Assembly (NCBI RefSeq): GCF_001194135.2
Contig: NC_068990.1
Span: 61,959,901-62,023,900, forward strand
Direction of reading: 5' to 3'
Source: Octopus bimaculoides
Lineage: Eukaryota
DNA: 64,000 bases
Part shown: positions 38,391-50,620 of the stretch, piece by piece
How the letters are laid out: the number at the start of each line of letters is the position of its first letter
How positions within the stretch are numbered: the stretch's first letter is position 1
Translations under genes and position numbers: made by a program
Notes under the pieces: model-generated
Seen by the model: the letters and a program-made list of their open reading frames with translations, nothing else
Told to the model about the DNA's origin: nothing
Databases searched by the model: none

Positions 38391-39349
38391 AGAGAAAATC
38401 GAAGTAAGAGGAAGACTTACTGAAAGTGTGTGAAAAAGTGAGAAGGAGAGAGAGAGACTAAAGCTGAGAGAGTTATTTTAAAATGAAAAAAGAGAGAGAG
38501 CAAGGGAGTTTAACGAGTTGGTGTGTATTTATTTATTTGTGGATGCAAGGAAGAGAGGAGAAACAGAGGGGAAAGTGAGAGAGTTAAAGAGAGGATGTGT
38601 GAGTGTTTGTGTGCATTTGTACACGTGAGTGTCTGTGTAGGTGTGTCTTTATTTTCATAATGTGATGGCGATGATGGGGAAGTTTGGATAGGTTGGGTGC
38701 GGACATTAAGTTTAGAGATAATGCTTCATTATTTCAGTGGAGTAAGTAAATATTACCAAAGGGATTTAAGACTGGTACAGAATAAGGTCAATGATTAGAT
38801 TAACAAACCAGATAAAGGGCCAGGGAAGTGTCTCTTTTAACAATGGCAATAATTCATAAAACTAAATAGACTGTTGAGGACTTGCATAACATTCTGCTAA
38901 CAGTCTTCTTGAAGATAAAAAAAAAACAAAAAAACACCTCAATAAAAATAAATATCAACAGCTTTCTAGTTTAGATTTAATGTAAATTTCATAAATATTT
39001 CTGCAATCTAAAAGGACAGAGAGTAATATATAAATAAATAGGTAAAGATACAGCTAGCAACTTACTTCCCTCTCATCAAACCCGTCGAGGTAATGGAGTG
39101 CAACAGTGGTGGAAGTGCACGAGGATATTGCCTCCTTTGTGGTGTACTTTATACTATGTTAAACTTAGCATTACGTTAATGAATCTTAAGACAGCAGGCA
39201 TAAGGCATTAAACTAGTGGGTAGAGTCAATAACAGAAACCTAAGAAAGCTTGGGTAGAATCCACCCAAAACTTCCTATGTACAGATTTCTACTTGGCAAT
39301 AAGAGCAAACTGTCGCAAGTAATATTCAGTTTTCATCATTTATCAAATT

Positions 39350-39684
39350 TAGTGGTTCTCAATTGGGATCCATATGGCCCTTGAGAGTTCATATAAGATT
39401 TTGGTGGGGTCCATGTAACAAAATACTAAATTGGGGATCCACAATAATATTTTAAAGGTCCATAAAAAATTTTGCTTTCGTTGTATGTATTGGCATTTAT
39501 TGCAAGAAACAGCTAGGTGTCTTTCTCTAATGTTCAACCTGCACAAGTTAATGTTTGAAAAACGAAATAGGAATTTTGTAAGAAATATCTATAAAACTAT
39601 TTTTTTAGCATCAAATGGCTATGGGCACCAGAATGAAATAGTAATTGAAGGGGTCCATAGATAAAAAATGGTTGAGAACACCTG
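39350..39684. mobile_element. hAT (Charlie/Buster-like) MITE
   Basis: TIRs tagtggttctcaa and ttgagaacacctg; 8-bp TSD atcaaatt/atctaatt. Confidence 0.85.
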
Positions 39685-40040
39685 ATCTAATTAATGTTAA
39701 TCACAGAACCCTAATGAATAAAGAGCTAAACATTGTTTCTAAACTTGAAATTAAAAACACTTAAATTGGATATAGCTAAGTCTCTAAGCTGAGGGCTTAC
39801 AGTTTGGTTTTAGCCTACTTTATGATCATGCAGCCTGCAATCCAAGAAGGGTAGATTTGGCAGTACAGTGAGATATTACTCGACATTTACAATGATAAAG
39901 ATGACACTGTGATGAAACAAGCTCAAATGCATCGAGTTTAAAGCTTCTCTTACAGAGATCTGTGAGAAATGAAGTTTAGTGCTGGTCGTATATTGAGTTA
40001 AGAACTGGACCAAGATATTTACTTTTGAGCAAAGACAAAA

Positions 40041-40192
40041 GAGATGTGGCTGTGTGATAAGAAGTTTGCTTCCCAGCCACATGGTTCCAGGTTCAGTACC
40101 ATTGTGTGACACCTTGGGCAAGTGTCATCAGCTATAGCCTCGAATTAATTAAAGCCTTATGAATGGATTTGGTAGACAAAAACTGAAAGAAG

Positions 40193-40239
<47 letters not shown>

Positions 40240-40462
40240 CATGTCTGTGCTTGTCCCCCACCACTGCTTGACAACAGGTGTTTGTTTACATCCCTGTAAC
40301 TTAGCAGCTTGGCAACAGAAATCAATATAATAAGTTCCAAGCTTAAAAAAAAAAATAACAATTACTAGGGTTAATTCATTTGACTAAAAATTCTTCAAGG
40401 GCAGTGCCCCAGCATAGCCACAATCTAATGACTTAAACTGAAACAAAAAACAAAAAAAAAAA
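40041..40462 (+). mobile_element. SINE-A, full length
   Basis: gatgtggctgtgtgataagaagtttgcttcccagccacatggttccaggttcag ... cccagcatagccacaatctaatgac plus A-tail. Confidence 0.9.
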
Positions 40463-42017
40463 ATTATGTGAAACAGTATTGAAATATTTACATTAAAAAA
40501 TTGAAGTATGCGTTGTCTTATATAATTATGAGTTATATAATTAAGTGTTTTCTTATATAAGTACTTATTCGTGTATGTCTATTTACCAGTTACAAACTAG
40601 TAGCTGCCTACATAGTTATCTGTATATTTCAGTTACATGATAGTACACTGCAGTATCTGTTTGTTTATGTAGTCAAGTAAGGTATTATTCTATTGCATTA
40701 TGCACGTGCAAATTATAATCTGTTGATAAATGGCAGTGTGCCAAGTTATCAGCAGCAGGCCTAGGAGAACCCAAAAGAAATCATAAGGAGAATCAGCATA
40801 AGCAAACAGGTGGGTCACAGCAGCTGTTTGAAATACCAAAGATATTGCCTTACTGTTGACATTGTTCTGCAATGATTCCACCGTACCTCCGCAACAAGTA
40901 TAATTATCACAACAACTAACTTGGCTGATTCCTTCCTTCTCCTAACCCACACATTTCACCAGACTGTCTGTCAGGTGCTCCCTTATGTAGCAATTTATAT
41001 ATGCATTCAGTAGCAGAAACAGCACCTCGCTGCCAAGAGAAATTGGATACATTAGGGTTAGACAGATAAATATCCCGATTGAAGCAGACACTCAAAGAAG
41101 AAGTAGTTACAGCTTGTAAACTATGAATATGGGCAACAATCACCTGTAGATATAGAGCAAGGGGAAGTAGATTAACCAAAAACAAAAAATACATATATAT
41201 ATATAAATAAAGAGAATTTAACAAAAGTTACTGTAAAAATATATATTTAATAAAAAAAAGTAAAATAAGATAAATGAAAAAAAAGAAGAAGAAAAAGAAG
41301 AGAATTTGAGTTATGGTTAGAGTTATAGGGAGGGAGAATAGGAGAATGTTGGATTGCAACAGGAAATATGGAGAAGAAATAAACAAAGTCAGTAGATGAG
41401 AGAGTGGGAGAGACGGTGGGGGTGGGAGGAGGAGGAAAGGAAGAAAGGAAGGAATAGTGAATTAGTAACAGGTAGAGAGAGAGAGAGAATTAGCAGTGTG
41501 TAGGAGGTACTTAAATGAAGCTCATATCAATACGATGAAAATAGCCTCAGGATGTTTAATTAGTTAAGGAATAGGGGTCTGTATGAAACACTGCAGCATA
41601 AAATATACCACTAATTATACATAGTTATGTTGAAATGGATCTGGAATACATCATTACACGCCAGTAATGTAACCATCAGTTAACAGTAGTAGTAGAACAT
41701 CAGGACAAAAGCAGAGCAGATAATAACAAAACTCTACTGTCCACACTTTGTGTTGTTATGAATACCAGAATTCCTCACATTTCAATCCTGTAATACTCTT
41801 GTAGAAAATCATCAATGACCTCTTAACCTACCCACCCACACATAAACAGGCATCTACAATGTTTCATCCTTCTGTTTAACCATTCCTTAACTTGCTCTGA
41901 GATCTATTTCAGATTTTAACTTCAGATGCCAAAAGAGTCCTTAACCAAGATTTTTGGAACATTTTTTATTCCACCCCCACCCCCCAATTTGTTTATACAC
42001 AATCAGCTATCTGGTAT

Positions 42018-42086
42018 CTTCTGCTTGCTTCAGTCATTGGACTGCAGCCATGCTGGAGCACCACCCTGAGGGGTTTAGTCAAACAT
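42018..42086 (-). mobile_element. SINE-A tail fragment
   Basis: cttgcttcagtcattggactgcagccatgctggagcacc. Confidence 0.8.
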
Positions 42087-42090
42087 AGAT

Positions 42091-42408
42091 GGAGGCATGG
42101 CTGTGTGGTAAGAAGTTTGCTTCCCAACTACATGGTTCCAGGTACAGTCCCAGTGTGTGGCACTCTGAACAAGTGTCTTCTACTATAGCCTGAGGCCAAC
42201 CAAAGACTTGTGTGTGAATTTGGTAGACAGAATCTAAAAGAAGCCTGTCATGTGTGTGTGTGTGTGTGTATGTGTGTGTGTTTTGATCCCCTATAACTTA
42301 GCGGTTCTGCAAAAGCGACCGATAGAATAAGTACCAGGCTTAATAGTAAAAAAGAAAAGTACATGGCTACAGTCTAATGAACGAAATAAATAAAAGGAAA
42401 AATAAAAG
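42091..42408 (+). mobile_element. SINE-A
   Basis: ggaggcatggctgtgtggtaagaagtttgcttcccaac...gatagaataagtaccaggctt. Confidence 0.9.
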
Positions 42409-42499
42409 AGCGATTGATTGCTATTTATTTTCTTGAATACAGATGACCCTTGCAGAACAGATGTATAGACATATGTATGTTACAATATTTTTCTTAATG

Positions 42500-42712
42500 A
42501 AGGCAGTAAGCTAGCAGGAACATTAACACACCAGGCAAAATGCTTAACGCTATTTCGTCTGTCTTTATGCTCTGAGTTCAAATTCTGCCAATGTCAACTT
42601 TGCCTTTCATCCTTTCGGGATCAATAAATTAAGTACCAGTTACGTACTGAGGTTGATCTAATCATCTGACCCCCTCCCCAAAAATTCTGGGCCTTGTGCC
42701 TAGTGTAGAAAA
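42500..42712 (+). mobile_element. SINE-B
   Basis: aggcagtaagctagcagg...ctgagttcaaattctgccaatgtcaactttgcctttcatcctttcggg. Confidence 0.88.
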
Positions 42713-42727
42713 GAATTTTTTCCTAAA

Positions 42728-42937
42728 CTATTTAGCATTTAAACTAACCATATCTGGCTCAAAAGTTATACTTGTTTTAGCTTCAAACTGTCCAAATCTT
42801 GCCTCTCTTACCTAGCCTACAATGTCATGCTAAAAATAAATAAGTACATCAACACAAAAAAGATAATGCATGATTAATTCAAAGCAATCTGAATAAATAA
42901 GCATTACATCTGACAGAGAAATCTGAATGCTAAAGGA
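42728..42937. mobile_element. piggyBac-like MITE
   Basis: tttagcatttaaact...ctgaatgctaaagga; colinear with 19431-19650. Confidence 0.8.
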
Positions 42938-43225
42938 TTCAAACATTCCAAGCTTACAAAGACTTGATAATGGCTCATAACTAACAGAACTAGTAGGAAT
43001 TTCATGTTTTATACAGGTTCCTTCAGTCATTTTGCCTATGGAAAATTCTGTTGTCCACACTTTGTGTTATAATGAATACCGGAATCCCTTACATTTCATC
43101 CTTGAAACGGACTGCAGTCATGCTGAGGCACCAACTCAATGAGTTAAGGCAAAAAAATCAACCTCAATTATCAAGTAGTGGAAAGGGGTCACCCCCCCCC
43201 CCCACACACACACACAAACAATGGA

Positions 43226-43365
43226 CTTTCATACAGCTTTTGTCTATCACATTCCCTCAGAAGGCATTAGTGAAACCTGTAGTAGAAGACATTGCCCAAG
43301 GTACCACACAGTGGGACTGAACCTGAAACCATGCGATAGTAGAGCAAGTTTCTTAAGCACACAGC
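43226..43365 (-). mobile_element. SINE-A head fragment
   Basis: tagtagaagacattgcccaaggtaccacacagtgggactgaacctgaaaccatg. Confidence 0.8.
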
Positions 43366-43779
43366 CAGTTTGTTGAACACTTTTGTTTTGCAGACAAATG
43401 TCATTTTGAGAAGAAGATTCATGAGTCAAAGACACTTCTAACTTTAAACACATCTCTTAGTCGTCCTTCAAATTTTAATTTACTCCAAACATGTGTACCA
43501 GTTGAAGATGTTTCATTTCATGAAATATAACTTTACTACAGCCTCGATCAAGTAGTCATATCTATTTCTGAAAACATGCTGAATGCAATGATTAATGATG
43601 AAGACCTGTCCATCAAAAAACATTCCACTAAATCATATTAGAATATGAGCAATAAAAAATAGCAACAATGCTTGCTAAGAAGTTAAACATACATGTCTCA
43701 TTGAGTTTGACAAACATTATGTCCTCCAAATATAGTTGAGGAAGAACACAGGACAGGGTAGTAAGTTCTTAATCAGAGG

Positions 43780-44055
43780 CAAATGCCTTCTATTATAGCT
43801 TCAGAGCAGCCAAAGCTTTGTGAGTGGATTTGGCAGAAGGAAACTGAAAGAAGCCACTTCTGTCTGCCTGCATGCATGCATGTGTGGGTGTGTGTGCACA
43901 TGTTTATGTGTGTGCATGTATGTATGTGCATAAGAGTATGTATGTATGTATGTAAATGTGTCTGCATGTCTTTGTGTCTGTCATTGTCTCCCAGCACTGC
44001 TTGATAACTGGTGTTAGTGTGTTTACATCTCTGTAACTTAGCAGTTCAGCAAAAA
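43780..44055 (+). mobile_element. SINE-A central fragment
   Basis: ccaaagctttgtgagtggatttggcagaaggaaactgaaagaagcc...gtaacttagcagttcagcaaaa. Confidence 0.8.
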
Positions 44056-44059
44056 ATTC

Positions 44060-44263
44060 TGTCGATAAAATTTATCTGCAATAAAATTGGTTATACTTAA
44101 TACACAAAATATTATAATTATTCTTATACGATTCCCAATAATATTTAATTATAAAACTATAAAAGAACATTTTATTTTAACATTGAATGACTATGGTGGA
44201 GGCCCATCCAAGTAAAATAGGAATCAAAGGGGTCCATAAGCACAAAATGGTTGAGAAACACTG
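44060..44263. mobile_element. hAT MITE, right half
   Basis: aaaggggtccataag...aaaatggttgagaaacactg; matches 60720-60920. Confidence 0.8.
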
Positions 44264-44663
44264 GGATAGGGGATGGCACAGTCCCAACCAACAAGAAGAA
44301 CCTTGTGCAATATGATAACACAAAAGGTGGGATTCGAAGAAATTGATGCAAGTAACGTTCAAGGTTGCACACTGATACTAAGACAGAAAACCTTAAGGAG
44401 TGAACTCCTCAATAATCAGGTTTAACAACAGGAATTTTATTTAAAAAACCTCCTTCGAGAAATATTTTTTGCTTTGGAGCAACTTTCAGAAAATTATCCA
44501 GAATTTGATTGATGAAGCATGAGTCATAAAATTTGATCTGTTATAAGTAATAATTAGAGGTTCACAAAGGCAAAGCAGTTAACCCTTGATACCTTCCTTT
44601 ACAAAACTTAAATAGAACCAATAGCATCATATATATATATATATATATCTTTAGTGTCTTGTA

Positions 44664-44831
44664 TTTTATACTAGACCCATAAACTAAAGAAAGTATGTAT
44701 ATTCTTTAGTTTATGGTTCATAAATTAAAGTAAGTGTGAAGTACATATAATTTTGTCCATAGGGTTTACTTTATTATACGATGCAAGGGCTCAATAGGCC
44801 CGCTATACTTGAAATATGAGTATATTTTTTC
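44664..44831. mobile_element. Possible Helentron-associated (HINE/DINE-like) short element
   Basis: ttttatact start, 15-bp inverted repeat at 44677-44716, gggc/gccc hairpin at 44787-44801, tatact..agtata short IR, then a T-run. Confidence 0.4.
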
Positions 44832-45315
44832 AATGATTATAAGAACTACACAATAACTATGTATTACAATTCCCTGGTAGCAAGATTAAAAAGTAGATCG
44901 TATTAAATATATTAATCAAGGTTTTATACACACATACACACACACACAAGTATGTGTGTGTGTAAGAATGTTCAAAAAGAGAAAGGCAATATTTTAGGAA
45001 CTGCATCAAGATATTATTAGATGCACTAAACGTTTAGCCGTAACACTATTAAAACACTAATCTTTATTCTAAACTTATAATAATATTAATTTTGTGTTAA
45101 TGAGTTTCACTGATGAGAGAGAGAATATAAATATGTGCTGTTATTAAGACAGTTCCTATTTATAGTGAAACTGAGGCATGAATCATGGTCTTAGTAAAAA
45201 TATGTTTTATGCTACTTGAGAACCACATCAATAATTCACATATGATTAGCAGCCTAGAGCTAGGATTCAGTCTAAGACCAAATCTTACTTTTTTTCCTTT
45301 CAAAGTAGTGCCTAA

Positions 45316-45531
45316 CCCTTTAGCATTCATATTATACTGTCAGAATGCTGATTTATTCATATTGTTTTGTATTAATCATGCATTATGTTGTAGCTTTGAG
45401 AATTTGAAGAGATAACTGCTAATTTTTCAAATGATATTGTAGGGTTGGTGTGAGAGGCCATATCTGGCCAGTTTGAACATAAAACTGGAAGAATATTTTG
45501 GCCAAATATGGCTAGTTTAAATGCTAAAGGG
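45316..45531. mobile_element. piggyBac-like MITE
   Basis: ctaa|ccctttagcatt ... aatgctaaaggg|tttaa; 12-bp TIR perfect. Confidence 0.88.
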
Positions 45532-45639
45532 TTTAAATAAGAAAACTACTATTATTTCACTTGTTACAGACATTTAGAGACGTATCTCCTTCTCTCTATT
45601 CTACTCATCCTCTCTCTTGCACACAAACACACATATCAC

Positions 45640-45920
45640 CATCATTATTAAAAGCCCATTTTCCATGCTGACATGGGGCTGCGCCAGGCTCCATTATCTA
45701 TTCTGACATTTCTACAGCTGGATGCCAACCTTCCTAATGCCAACTACTCCACAAAGTGTACTGGGTACTTTTTATGTGGCACTAGCACCAGTGTTTTTAA
45801 CGTGGCACCAGCACCACTGCTTTTGATGTGACACCAGCATGAGCGCCTTTTATGTGGCACCAGCACCACTGCTTTTTCTGTGGCACCAGCACGAGTGCCT
45901 TTTATGTGGCACCAGCACAT
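45640..45920 (-). mobile_element. RTE-LINE 3' UTR with an internal ~22-29-bp tandem array
   Basis: ttccatgctgacatggg...cttcctaatgccaac, then about 5-6 copies of tttt(a)tgtggcaccagca. Confidence 0.8.
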
Positions 45921-46625
45921 ATCTAGCCATCTTAAAGAAATAATGAAAGGATCAATAAGTTATGCTAGGAAGATTTTCATCTTGTATAAAAGAATAAAGC
46001 CTGGAAAACATCTTAGTGGTGTTTGTACTTCAGAGACAGGTGAATGTGTAAACATACAAAGCAGTCTTGATACACCTCAGAGGACTAGTAACCCTAAATG
46101 ATGATGGAATATAGATAGAATAATAGCCCTTATTACAGATATAAACAGTTGAGAGGAAGAGAAGAGAAAAACTGAAGATTAAAAGTTAAACCAGACTGAA
46201 AAGTTTTGCAAATAAATAACACTGTTGACTGAAATAAATAAGTAGATTCTTAGGGATGCAATGGAAAATTCAAGAATAAAATGAATAAATGCTAGAATAA
46301 AGTGAGTGAGCAATGATGGCATGAAAAATAGGACAACAGCAAAAAGAGACAAGAACAAACCTACTTGACTTCTTAAAAAGTGTATGCCAATATAATAGAG
46401 TTGCAAGAAAGCAATTTCTCTAAGTACATCCTCTCAGTAAGTGAGACATGCATTCAATGAGATAGTGGAGCAATAATTTGTAAACAGATTCAATAAGGCA
46501 CACACTGGCTGTGACATATGAATATTGCAATACTCCAGGAAGATATCAACAAGATAACCATTGTTAGAGATGAGATAATGATTTCAACAACATCAACAAT
46601 ATATAGATAAATTTATATATATATA

Positions 46626-46784
46626 GGTGCAGAAGTGGCTATGTGATAAGAAGCTTACTTCCCAACCACATGGTTCCAGGTTCAGTCCCACTGCATGGCT
46701 CCTGGGGCAAGTGTCTTCAACTATACCTCAGGCTGACCAAAACTTTGTGAGTGGATTTGGTAGATGGAAATTGAAACAAGTCCA

Positions 46785-46845
<61 letters not shown>

Positions 46846-47090
46846 AGTGGTGACTCTGACACTCGGGCTGTTCGAGCTTAACCCAAGTATAAATTTACTT
46901 GGGCTAAATTTACTATAAGTGTTCGTGTGATTACACCCCCGTAACTTAGCAGTCCAGCAAAATTGACCCACAGAATAAGTACTAGGCTTAAGAAATAAGT
47001 CCTGGGGTTGATTCATTCAACTAAAAATTCAAGGTAGTGCCGCATGGCCGCAATCTAATGACTGAAATAGGTAAAAGATAAAAGATATAG
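46626..47090 (+). mobile_element. SINE-A with an atypical central segment
   Basis: Canonical head, core and tail; (TA)n plus a hairpin-rich segment at 46843-46907 where other copies have (GT)n/cccccacc. Confidence 0.88.
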
Positions 47091-48149
47091 AGAGAACCGG
47101 AGAGGGCAGGATTACAAGTAGAGATTTATATCCTGTCAATTTTTGGTTTTTTACCACACCTGTATTGCACAAAATAACAAACGTAAAATATTATCACAAT
47201 CATCAAATACAAAATACCAAAACATACTTTTGACAGTGCTAGTAGAGACACTGGAGATTTCATTGTTTTGCTTCTATTTGTCCCAAAATACATATTTAGC
47301 AATTATTGTCAAAATCTCAAAACGTAGCCATAAGTTTTCTTTCAAACTTAACATAAGCTTAAGCTTTTATTGAGGGCAAAATTCTCTTACACCCTTATCT
47401 TTGTTATGGTTAAATGAGAGCAGGCTTTATGGCCCAGAACTCATTTAACAAAAGCTTATGACAGCTATCACATATATTCCATTTACTCAATAATAGAATG
47501 TACATGCTCCATGTAATTTGACAATCAGATCAAGTTGGATCTAGTTTCAGGATGTTTGTTTTATTTATTTTTTGGCTTAGCAGTATGGTTGGTTAAAGAA
47601 GGTAAATATTTGTAGACTCCATAAACTGTTGTTGCGCCAATTAATGTCAATGGCCAACTGATATTCCAGCCATTGTTTGTTCTAATACCATACAAATGTG
47701 TTTCAATAAAAACTTTAGTAAGCAAATTTTAATATTTGCGATCCTAGAAAACCCCTCAAAGTGATGGAAAAGCTAATTATCACACAAATTCACAATGAGG
47801 ACATCTGGACAGAACTGTCGCCTTGCCCATACCTGAAACATTGTAACAAATAGTTTGTGCAAAAATCGATAGCTATCTGGATAACACTAAGTTTTGTGCT
47901 GAGTGTAAAGGCTACCAACATGATCTTTGCACTAAATGTTTTAAACTTAGCAATTTTCTTTTCTTTCTTTTTTTTTTTTGTTTTGCATTATGAAAAGATG
48001 TTGAAGTCTCCTCTTGTGGGCATAAATGTTAACTGCATTTTCTCTAGACTCCTAGACAAATATAATTAACTAGAGAAAATCCTTAACTAGAGAAAACAAT
48101 ATAAGTTAAACATTTAAAATACAAGGGACAAATCCACTCATATAAATTC

Positions 48150-48222
<73 letters not shown>

Positions 48223-48495
48223 TGTCCTCTACATCTGGAAGTTCTAATATATTAAACAACAGAAGGATATTGTCAAGTTTAGTTTGATGAACACAGGTGA
48301 ATATTAGAAAGTTACTATTTTTCTAAGACAGCTTTAGCTAAATCTAATTTTAGGGTTGAATTTGACATTCTTGAAAAAATATAATACACATAAATGTTTA
48401 TTATCAAATGTTTTTCCATGCTTTTACATCTGAATTTATCAGTCCCAAACTTTATTTCAGAGAATGGTATATAAATGATGATATGATAACATTAA

Positions 48496-48537
<42 letters not shown>

Positions 48538-49520
48538 GCACGTACACACACATATATAAACACCGACACCCGTGTGTGTGTGTATACACTATTTTACATG
48601 AAATCAGAAAAAGTACATTAAAAAGAATAATTTCAGGATGATTGCACAATGCCATAGATCAGATTTAAACATCAGTACTATAAAATTGACAGAAGCAACA
48701 GCAATTAATATAACTCTCTTCATTAGGATAAAAATTCTGAATAAAATATATTACTAAAAACTCCTTTTGAATTGACAAAAAAAAAAATTAAAATTAAAAT
48801 AAAAAATAAATAGATAAAATAAAACAAAAAACTATTGAAAAGTACCATTAGCTTGGGTTATAGTTTGCTGTCTGAACAATTACATTTTTTCTTCTTTTTT
48901 TTTTTTATTTTGAGTAATGGAGAACAATAAAAAAACAAAAACTATTTAAATATGTCTCTATCATATCAAATTTGTTGCAGAAAGCAGGTCTGTTAATGAT
49001 GCTATATAGGACACCGTAAGTATTTTGTTGCTGTAGTCTGATGATGATGATGATTCTCTTCATTATCATCCCACAGATGTGGATACATTATCATCACTAT
49101 TGTTATTATTCATACACTATAGACATATACATACATGAACTCATTGAAGAAATGAGAAAAAAAAAAACAAAAACAAAACAAATGACATAATAATAATAAC
49201 AACAACAACAACATTGATTTATTACCAAGGCATACTGTCATAAATCTTTATGAGGGGGTGTAGGGGGTGGGGTGGAATACATTCAACTGAATCAACTCCT
49301 GGGAAATTAAAAGGCAAAGTTGACTGATGCAATATTTGAACGCCTACTGTAAAAGGACATAATGGAATTTCTGCAACTCTACCATCGATTAAAATAACAA
49401 AAATATTCCTAGCTTTGACAGACAGGCTACAAATGTTTGTGGTGAGCTGGGTGCTGCAGGCACATGTTTCAAATGACCCTACCCACTTCAAAAGAAGAAT
49501 GAAAGACATAGTATCTGACA

Positions 49521-49776
49521 CAGTGATTCTTGAACATTTCTTTTAATCTATGGGCCCCTCTGATCCCTATTTTACTTGGGTGGACCTTCAGAGTCATTTC
49601 ATGTTCTAAAAGGACCCTATTATATTTTTATAATTAAATATTATTAGGAATTGTATAAAAAATTTCTTAGTTTTGTGTATTATAGAAGCATAACCTATTT
49701 ATTGTATATAAATTTTAGCAACAAAATCTTATATGGGGCCCCCAATGGTCATATGAACCCCAGATGAGAACCACAA
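49521..49776. mobile_element. hAT MITE (reverse orientation relative to 60659)
   Basis: cagtgattcttgaac ... atgagaaccac; interior is the reverse complement of 60659-60920. Confidence 0.75.
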
Positions 49777-50460
49777 GTCTACTCTAACATTGGCTACAAA
49801 TTCAAACCAGAATACATAAGGAACTTCCTTTCCTTAAATCCATAAAAAGAAAGAAAAAATAAAAAGGCTAGATTGATTCCAGTCGGATTTGAAATATAAT
49901 GATGAAACTAAATATACTCGAATACCTTCACTCAGTCCCATTACCATTTCTGGCAAGTGGTTTAGTGGCAAAAAAGTTTAGATTCTAAGCAAATATTAGA
50001 CCAATAATCAATCCTTTAATAGCTTCATCAGGGTCAGTCACAGTAAAATACTTCAATAAATTATTGTTCCTAACTATTGGCAGAAAAGGGATGGACCATC
50101 CAAGAGTCCCCTATGCACAGCTTCATAAATTTGACTAATGACAGTCATGTGTCTTGACTATGGATACAGCACAAAGACAACAGATATAAACCATTGCACT
50201 CTCAAAACAGCCAGTTTTAAATCATTGTAAGAAAGCTTAACCGCTTAGTCTCCAGGCTGTTCTGTCAAATGTAATGCTTACTTATTTGCATAATTTTGAA
50301 TTATTCATGCATTATCTGGTAGCTTTGTGTTTTCACAGAAGACTGGGAACAAAGGACACCACCTACATGACAGTGACACTCACTTACAACAACCCTTGTC
50401 TCAATATGATGTCAATATAAAGAGATACCAACATACAGACACACACATACATATATATGT

Positions 50461-50620
50461 ATATAACAGGCTTCTTTCAGTTTCCATCTACCAAATTCAC
50501 TCACAAAGCCTTGATCAGCCTGAAGCTATAGTAAAAGAAACACCTGCCCAAGGTGCCAGGTAGTGGAACAGAACCCAAAACTAAGAGATTAAGAAGCAAG
50601 TTTCTTAACTACAGACACTC
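50461..50620 (-). mobile_element. SINE-A head/core fragment
   Basis: ggcttctttcagtttccatctaccaaattcactcacaaagcc...cctgcccaaggtgcc. Confidence 0.82.

Noticed and set aside
40690-41224. Two minus-strand ORFs (63 aa and 102 aa) as a gene
   Set aside because: Different frames separated by a stop, no recognisable domain; only the acceptor at 41143 is kept as a candidate
49222-49521. 99-aa minus-strand ORF that looks protein-like
   Set aside because: Overlaps a decayed SINE-B (tcaactttgcctttt...ggagttgat)
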